From Dehalococcoidia bacterium (GTDB lineage: Bacteria > Chloroflexota > Dehalococcoidia > Dehalococcoidales > UBA1222): a DNA stretch of 54,234 nt. Every line of letters starts with the position of its first letter. Position 1 is the stretch's first letter. The translations under genes were made by a program, and so were the position numbers. Under the pieces are notes generated by a model. It did no database searches. It saw only the letters and a program-made list of their open reading frames with translations, and was not told the origin of the DNA. The stretch lies in the NCBI GenBank assembly GCA_009776735.1, contig WRNG01000002.1, positions 1 through 54,234 of the forward strand, read 5' to 3'. Positions 49,225 through 54,234 of this stretch are shown here, piece by piece.

Positions 49225-49638
49225 ATGAGAATAAAACAAATTTCAGTTTTTGCCGAAAACACTCGAGGTCGTCTTCTTGCTATGCTGAAAGCCTTGGATA
49301 ATGCCCAAGTGAGTTTGCGTGCCATTTCAGTCAGCGAGAATGCTGATTTCGGTATTGTTCGCATGATTATGGATAACCCCGAAAAAGGGGCAACCGCGCT
49401 ACGAGAAGCCGGGTTTACTGAGCGCACAGACACCATGCTCTCGATCGAGATACCGGACGTACCAAGCGGTATGCTTAAGACCGTGCTTCAACCTTTGTCA
49501 GAAGAGAATATTAACATTGAGTATTTCTATGCTTTTCTTGAACAGGAACAAGGGTTTGCACGCATTGTGCTGAAAACAAGTGACGATGAAAAAGCGGAAA
49601 AACTGCTCTCCAATTTTTGTGAGAGGACACAGAATTAA
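49225..49638 (+). CDS. ACT domain-containing protein
   Basis: Two ACT-like halves (ISVFAENTRGRLLAML...; SIEIPDVPSGMLKTVL...). GGAGAA precedes the ATG at 49225. This is a frequent partner of PaaK-like ligases. Confidence 0.75.
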   Translation: MRIKQISVFAENTRGRLLAMLKALDNAQVSLRAISVSENADFGIVRMIMDNPEKGATALREAGFTERTDTMLSIEIPDVPSGMLKTVLQPLSEENINIEYFYAFLEQEQGFARIVLKTSDDEKAEKLLSNFCERTQN

Positions 49639-49746
49639 TCACTCGCATTTTTTGGCACGGGCATTTCATTAATGGGCGAGCAGCTTATGCCTTGTGGCAG
49701 TTATTTTTAGGTATTGTTCCAAGTAAAAATGGACACTGACTCTAAA

Positions 49747-49823
49747 GCCCCTGTAGCTCAGATGGACAGAGCAGCGGTTTCCTAAACCGTGTGTCGTGAG
49801 TTCGACTCTCACCAGGGGTACCA
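49747..49823 (+). tRNA. tRNA-Arg (anticodon CCU), CCA encoded
   Basis: GCCCCTG-TA-GCTC-AGATGGACA-GAGC-A-GCGGT-TTCCTAA-ACCGT-GTGTC-GTGAG-TTCGACT-CTCAC-CAGGGGT-A-CCA. All four stems pair (G1-U72 wobble). Confidence 0.92.
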
Positions 49824-49934
49824 GTTTTCAAAACAAAATGCACTACTCCATTCATGGGCATACTGGGAACAATATCCGTAATAGCCGCTTATGGGTGGAT
49901 AGTTTCTGCGGTTAGAAAGAAGTAAAGAAAGGCA

Positions 49935-49963
49935 TTGTAGATCATCATAGATTGTGTTACAAT
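49935..49963 (+). promoter_or_regulatory. candidate promoter of the toxin-antitoxin operon
   Basis: TTGTAG (49935-49940), 17-nt spacer, extended -10 TGtTACAAT (49955-49963). Confidence 0.45.
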
Positions 49964-49996
49964 GTGTTTCAAGGTTAGATAATAGGGGTGAATGAT

Positions 49997-50224
49997 ATGC
50001 CACATGTTTCCTTACGCGTTTCAGAGGAAGAAAAGAGATGGATGGAAGGCTACGCAAAAGTGCAAGGTGTCAACCTGTCCGACGCCGTTAAGGATGCTTT
50101 TTTTGAGAAGCTGGAAGATGAGTATGACTTAAGAATGATTCGTGAGCATGAAGCTGAAAAAGCAAAAGGTAATATGAAATACTACACCCATGATGAAATT
50201 ATGCGGGAGTTTAGGCTTCGGTGA
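49997..50224 (+). CDS. ribbon-helix-helix antitoxin (RelB/DinJ-like)
   Basis: MPHVSLRVSEEEKRWMEGYAKVQGVNLSDAVKDAFFEKLEDEYDL is an RHH N-terminus. Its stop overlaps the toxin start. Confidence 0.75.
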   Translation: MPHVSLRVSEEEKRWMEGYAKVQGVNLSDAVKDAFFEKLEDEYDLRMIREHEAEKAKGNMKYYTHDEIMREFRLR

Positions 50225-50493
50225 TATGGCATCTTGAATACTCGGATAAGGCACGAAAACAACTACGTAAATTTGATGAAACCCAACGCACTATTATTCT
50301 TCGGTGGATAGATAAGAACATTAATGGATGTGATAACCCGCGCCTACATGGCGGAGCTCTTGTCGGCAATATGAAAGGTTATTGGAGATATCGGGTAGGG
50401 ACTTACAGAGTTATTGCTGATATTCAAGACAATATTGTGACGATAGAAATTATTAATGTAGCCCACAGAAAAGATGTTTATAAAGAGCTTTAG
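50221..50493 (+). CDS. RelE/ParE-family type II toxin
   Basis: 90 aa. YSDKARKQLRKFD...GYWRYRVGTYRVIADIQDNIVTIEIINVAHRKDVY is the typical RelE/StbE pattern. Confidence 0.8.
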   Translation: MIWHLEYSDKARKQLRKFDETQRTIILRWIDKNINGCDNPRLHGGALVGNMKGYWRYRVGTYRVIADIQDNIVTIEIINVAHRKDVYKEL

Positions 50494-50706
50494 GAAGAAA
50501 CTGTTATTCACTATGATGGGTTGATATTCCTATGATTCCTGCAATTGCTCAGTATTTAATTGAAAATCTTAAAACTAAAATGTGGTGACTGTTTCGGTCA
50601 GGTCGGGTCCTATTCTTGGGGATTTTAGACGCAAATAGCAACTATTGTTCAAAAACTATTTTGCTAAGTTAGAGACAAATTGACTGTATTAACAATCAGC
50701 GTCTAA

Positions 50707-50751
50707 TTCTTAAACCGTGTGTTGTGAGTTCGATTTTCATCAGAGGTACCA
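50707..50751 (+). repeat. degenerate direct copy of the 3' half of tRNA-Arg(CCU) (att-like relic)
   Basis: 45 nt align without gaps to 49779-49823 with 6 mismatches (39/45). All mismatches are transitions: 5 C>T and 1 G>A. Confidence 0.8.
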
Positions 50752-50807
50752 CTTGCCCGTCAGTATCTCAGTTTTGGCCCAAAAAGTAAGCTTCGGAAAC
50801 CAAAGGC

Positions 50808-51746
50808 TCAGTGTAGATACAGGTCGGGAGGAATGCGGCGCCTCGGGGGTAATCCCAAGCGCATGCGGCTATACTCTGAGCTTATTTCGGCACCCAAAAC
50901 AAGTATCAAAGACACATAGTAAATGAAAATCAGTAAAACCAGTATTGAGCCCACAATCCCCTGTACCAACTCAATGCGTGCAAAGCGGTTGAAGTAAGTT
51001 ATCATAATGGTACGTGCCACTTCAAAGGCCACTGCCGCAAACAAAGCGCCAGGCCATACGTGACGCCATCTTGTTTTAATAGCGGGAATAGTCTTGTAAA
51101 TAATCAGGAAAATAACAAACACTAGAAAAACGAATGAGATGCGGACACCAACTCCTCCTAACGCATTTCCCGGATTGAAAGCGACCAAAACAGAACTGCT
51201 GATTATTACAACAAAGAAGAATATACAAATGCCAACGGAGGTTGCGGCTTCGCGTAGTTTTCGCTCAATTAAATGATGTCGGATATTTAGTCCCCAGGCA
51301 CGATTAACACCTCGGCTTATAGCGCTAAACATGGCGCCCACGGGGAAAAATAAAGCCACAATACTGACTATACCCAGCCATGTACGATTGCCCACAATTC
51401 CTTCTATGTTGGCTATGACTAAATCTTCAATTCCCGGTATATTAGTCTCAACAAATTGGAAAATGCTTCTTTGCACTTCGTCAGCTGGCAAGATAAAACC
51501 GAGTACCGCTATGACACCGATGATAAGTGGGAAAAAAGATAGGAAAGCGTAATAAGCTATGGCTCCCACAATTTCTATGGCACCATCATTCCCTACATCA
51601 TTTATCACCCTGTCCAGAAAATTGAAAAACGGTATTCGAATAAGACGAATGCGAATTTCCTCGACTTTATCGCCTATGGTGCGAAAAAAATCCAAGCAAC
51701 GCAAGAAGGGATTTCTATTTGAAGTATGATTTGGTTCTTCCATCAT
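50808..51746 (-). CDS. YihY/BrkB-family integral membrane protein
   Basis: 312 aa, about 6 TM helices. Family-typical AYYAFLSFFPLII and LVLGAEI segments. Confidence 0.8.
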   Translation of the reverse strand: MMEEPNHTSNRNPFLRCLDFFRTIGDKVEEIRIRLIRIPFFNFLDRVINDVGNDGAIEIVGAIAYYAFLSFFPLIIGVIAVLGFILPADEVQRSIFQFVETNIPGIEDLVIANIEGIVGNRTWLGIVSIVALFFPVGAMFSAISRGVNRAWGLNIRHHLIERKLREAATSVGICIFFFVVIISSSVLVAFNPGNALGGVGVRISFVFLVFVIFLIIYKTIPAIKTRWRHVWPGALFAAVAFEVARTIMITYFNRFARIELVQGIVGSILVLLIFIYYVSLILVLGAEISSEYSRMRLGLPPRRRIPPDLYLH

Positions 51747-52079
51747 TTATCACTGTCAAAAATTTAAGGCACCTACTTCTAAATGGTGGCAAGGCAAACG
51801 CAAGCCCCCCGTTAGTATACCACTTGTTTATGTTCATAGTGGTAATATTCTTTGAGTTACTCACAAAAAGCTTTTGCTGATTCAAGGTGCATTTTCAAGG
51901 TTTACGGTATTTGTGCTTTTGCAGTTATATTCTTTCTAAACTACGATTACGCACAACCGAACGAACGCCCTCCTTTGTTGAACCCTAACCCTCGATAGTG
52001 TTGTACAAGAATTAGATTGTCAAAAATAGGCAAATCATTGTTGTTAAGTTATTCTCATGGCTATTAATGCAAAGTACAC

Positions 52080-52108
52080 TTGACAAGCTTTGCAAAGCAT
52101 GCTAGTCT
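52080..52108 (+). promoter_or_regulatory. candidate promoter with embedded 12-bp palindromic operator
   Basis: TTGACA (52080-52085), 17-nt spacer, TGcTAGTCT. The perfect palindrome GCTTTGCAAAGC (52087-52098) lies in the spacer, upstream of the XRE regulator gene. Confidence 0.45.
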
Positions 52109-52144
52109 TTTGTTGTAAAGTAAATTATCTATAAAGATAATGTC

Positions 52145-52351
52145 ATGAAAACCATAATACCAGCGTTGCGAAAACAACATAAACTCTCACAAGAAGAGTT
52201 AGCACTAGCTGTAGGTGTTACTAGGCAAACAATCACTTCAATCGAAATCGGGAAATACACAGCATCACTACCGCTTGCCTATAAAATAGCAAGGTATTTT
52301 GGGAAAACAATAGAAGAAGTATTTGATTTCTCGGATTTGGAGCAAGTATAA
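52145..52351 (+). CDS. XRE-family helix-turn-helix transcriptional regulator (short, about 68 aa)
   Basis: LRKQHKLSQEELALAVGVTRQTITSIEIGKYTASLPLAYKIARYFGKTIEEVF is a complete HTH_XRE domain. Confidence 0.88.
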   Translation: MKTIIPALRKQHKLSQEELALAVGVTRQTITSIEIGKYTASLPLAYKIARYFGKTIEEVFDFSDLEQV

Positions 52352-52352
52352 A

Positions 52353-52802
52353 ATGGATGAGTTTAGAAAAAAGATAGCTGACCGAGTTATATTGCTTTCA
52401 GTCGGATTGTTTATTGCATGTTGTGCTCTAGTATATTTCTGTATAGATGTTAGCAAAGGGAAGCAAGTGTTGTATTCAGATAAGGGCACAACTTGGATTC
52501 AGATTTTAATCATCGTAGTTCTTATTAGCGTCTTGCTTTCATCAATTACTAGATGTGTAATGGCAATTCGTTACCCAAATCGGCTTAAAAAGTTGCAAGT
52601 CTATGAAACAGACGAACGCAACGTCTTTATCAAGCAGAAAACCGGCTCTATCGGGATAAATATCATCATGTATGGGCTGGCAATTATGACAATCATTATA
52701 GGTAGCAATAGCGTAAGTACATTTTGGGGATTATTTTTAGCCCTTATATTTGTTATGCTTGTTCACATATCACTGGTATTATACTATCGTCACAAGTTTT
52801 AA
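52353..52802 (+). CDS. multi-pass membrane protein (DUF2178-like partner of short XRE regulators)
   Basis: The ATG at 52353 lies 1 nt after the XRE stop. About 4 hydrophobic helices. Family assignment is from memory of the gene-pair architecture only. Confidence 0.5.
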   Translation: MDEFRKKIADRVILLSVGLFIACCALVYFCIDVSKGKQVLYSDKGTTWIQILIIVVLISVLLSSITRCVMAIRYPNRLKKLQVYETDERNVFIKQKTGSIGINIIMYGLAIMTIIIGSNSVSTFWGLFLALIFVMLVHISLVLYYRHKF

Positions 52803-52831
52803 CTGAATAGTGCTGAGTTAACAAAAAGTAT

Positions 52832-52996
52832 ATGAAAAAGATATTTTTAATTCTCTTCTCAGTAGTTCTCTTAATATCGGGAATCTTGAGTAGTATATCC
52901 TGTTCCTGCGACAAGAACACTCTTGAATACGATGGCAATCCTATCAGTATCACAGGAAGGATCTACGTTACAATAGAGGACAGGAAGTTAAGGTAG
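52832..52996 (+). CDS. small putative lipoprotein/secreted peptide (54 aa); not in the ORF track
   Basis: MKKIFLILFSVVLLISGILSSISCSC... is signal-peptide-like with Cys after the hydrophobic core. Stop at 52994-52996. Confidence 0.3.
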   Translation: MKKIFLILFSVVLLISGILSSISCSCDKNTLEYDGNPISITGRIYVTIEDRKLR

Positions 52997-53029
52997 TCTC
53001 AAAATAAATAAAAGGAGGAAACCTTACAA

Positions 53030-53311
53030 ATGTCTATGATAAGACGCAAATATGACGCTGAGTTTAAGAAGAATGCCGTTAAGTTAAGCTATGCCAGTAC
53101 AAAAACGATTAAAGCAATAGCTGACGATCTTGGAGTTACAGAGGGTATGCTCTACAGATGGAGGCAGCGATATACAGCACAGGGAGGTCTTACCCAGGCA
53201 GCCACATTGGAAGAAGAGGTAAAGGCACTGCGGCTAGAAAATGCGGAACTAAAGATGGAGCGCGATATGTTAAAAAAAGCCGCAGCCTACTTTGCGAAAC
53301 TGCAGAAGTGA
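53030..53311 (+). CDS. IS3-family transposase OrfA (HTH + leucine-zipper-like)
   Basis: MSMIRRKYDAEFKKNAVKL...LRLENAELKMERDMLKKAAAYF. Confidence 0.88.
   Translation: MSMIRRKYDAEFKKNAVKLSYASTKTIKAIADDLGVTEGMLYRWRQRYTAQGGLTQAATLEEEVKALRLENAELKMERDMLKKAAAYFAKLQK
53272..53278 (+). promoter_or_regulatory. programmed -1 ribosomal frameshift site (A AAA AAA followed by G)
   Basis: Zero frame reads tt-A AAA AAA-gcc (..MLKKA..). The -1 frame continues KKSRSLLCETAEVKYRF..., which is the OrfB frame. This is the canonical IS3-family arrangement. Confidence 0.75.
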
Positions 53312-54168
53312 AATATCGCTTCATCATGGCACATCCGGAATATTCGGATAAAAAGTGGGCTGGGTTCTTGAGCGTGTCGCGCAGTGCATATTACGAATGG
53401 AAGAAAACCCATGAAAAACGAGAAGCGGCGTTATTAGCTTATACTGAGATGGTACAGCGTGTCTTTGAAGAAAGTGGCGGTTGCTATGGTATCGAGCGAG
53501 TATGTGCCGAACTTCGCAAAAGGGGATTCACGGCTTCGTTTCGCAGGGTACGCCGTAACATGAGTGCTCTGGGGCTGAAGTCAATCCACATGAAACGCCG
53601 ACAGCACTCACTGACAAACAGTATGAAATCACGAGGAGAAGGATTGATTAATCTGGTACATGGTTTGGAAATCACAAAACCTCTCCAAGTCTTGTCCAGC
53701 GATATAAGCTACATTCGGACAGGTGAAGGCTTTGCCTATCTGTGTGAAGTGAAAGACGTGGTCAGCGGAATGGTGTTGGCACATCAAATGGCGAAACATA
53801 TGAAAGCAGAACTGGTATCGGAAACAATCACACAAGCAATAACAGGCTGGGAACTACCGGCTGGTTGTATTTTGCACAGTGATCGCGGGGCGCAATACAC
53901 GTCTGAAATGGTTAGAAGCTTGTTACAACACCATGGTATTAGCCAAAGTTTTTCCGGAGTGGGAAAACCCGGAGATAACTCTTGGAGTGAGAGTTTTTTC
54001 GCAAATTTGAAGAAGGAGGCAGTGCATTGGGTCAAATATAAAACTCGTGAAGACGCAAGGATAGCCATATTCTCTTACATTGAGGGGTTCTATAATACCA
54101 AGAGAATTCAACGAAGACTTGGCTACTTAAGCCCTTCGGAGTGGCTTGGACGTTACCCCCAAAATTAA
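53272..54168 (+). CDS. IS3-family transposase OrfB (DDE/rve integrase core), expressed as OrfAB by -1 frameshift
   Basis: SDISYI (D), LHSDRGAQYTS (D), NSWSESFFANLKKE (E). In the track ORF (53158..54168), the part upstream of the slippery site is out-of-frame overlap with orfA. Confidence 0.85.
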   Translation, partial: KKSRSLLCETAEVKYRFIMAHPEYSDKKWAGFLSVSRSAYYEWKKTHEKREAALLAYTEMVQRVFEESGGCYGIERVCAELRKRGFTASFRRVRRNMSALGLKSIHMKRRQHSLTNSMKSRGEGLINLVHGLEITKPLQVLSSDISYIRTGEGFAYLCEVKDVVSGMVLAHQMAKHMKAELVSETITQAITGWELPAGCILHSDRGAQYTSEMVRSLLQHHGISQSFSGVGKPGDNSWSESFFANLKKEAVHWVKYKTREDARIAIFSYIEGFYNTKRIQRRLGYLSPSEWLGRYPQN

Positions 54169-54234
54169 AGCCAACAGGATTTAGAGTTCTCCGCTAAAAT
54201 ATATAAGTGGAGGGCTTAAATGAAAGCCAAGCGT

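Larger units (their letters stand above)
53030..54168 (+). mobile_element. IS3-family insertion sequence (coding core; terminal inverted repeats not resolved)
   Basis: orfA (HTH) and orfB (DDE integrase core) overlap in the 0/-1 configuration with an A7 slippery run. The right end may lie at or beyond the window edge. Confidence 0.8.

Noticed and set aside
52933-54229. Candidate IS3 terminal inverted repeats, TGGCAATCCTATCAG... versus the reverse complement TGGCTTTCATTTAAG....
   Set aside because: Only 11 of 21 positions match after anchoring on TGGC, which is too weak. The right arm would also overlap a new SD plus ATG at 54220.
1-54234. A scan for CRISPR arrays, rRNA genes, and long near-identical DNA repeats such as DGR template/variable pairs in the surface-protein genes.
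   Set aside because: By eye I found no regularly spaced short direct repeats, no rRNA-like segments, no reverse-transcriptase gene and no long nucleotide repeats. A computed self-dot-plot would be the definitive check.

Overview
This 54.2-kb chromosomal window looks like it comes from an anaerobic, Chloroflexota/Dehalococcoidia-like bacterium. That assignment is an inference from gene content only. Most of the window is housekeeping. At 0.5-7.0 kb lie two very large, C-terminally membrane-anchored cell-surface proteins. Next come rsmA-ispE, cca, and a nucleotide-kinase/dCMP-deaminase pair. A minus-strand run selD-selA-selB-efp-epmA-dUTPase-like spans 14.1-20.6 kb. In it selD is itself a selenoprotein with an in-frame UGA and a SECIS-like hairpin, so the ORF track truncates it. 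The rest includes two-subunit Fe-S fumarase, HIT, dksA-lspA-rluD, pyrD, Lrp plus aminotransferase, tatA, ispH, trpS, an ABC-2 pair, nadA and cutA. mgtA sits behind a ~345-nt leader that contains a terminator. A 1375-aa double-activase/DUF2229-like fusion is followed by a PaaK-like ligase and an ACT protein. There are three blocks of accessory DNA. (i) A ~5-kb AT-rich island (22.1-27.2 kb) abuts tRNA-Ser(GCU). It carries two head-on serine-recombinase fragments, a KilA-N gene, an XRE remnant, and an uncharacterised cargo of a Zn-ribbon protein, a TM-HExxH-TPR protein and a small membrane protein. (ii) A RelB/RelE-type toxin-antitoxin pair is bracketed by tRNA-Arg(CCU) and a decayed 45-nt copy of that tRNA's 3' half. 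(iii) An IS3-family element with an A7 -1 frameshift site lies at the window edge. One lipid-kinase gene is split by a frameshift at an A6 run. I saw no CRISPR array, rRNA or tRNA-Sec. I did not find a clear-cut novel multi-gene system; the best candidates are flagged below as hypotheses, not claims.
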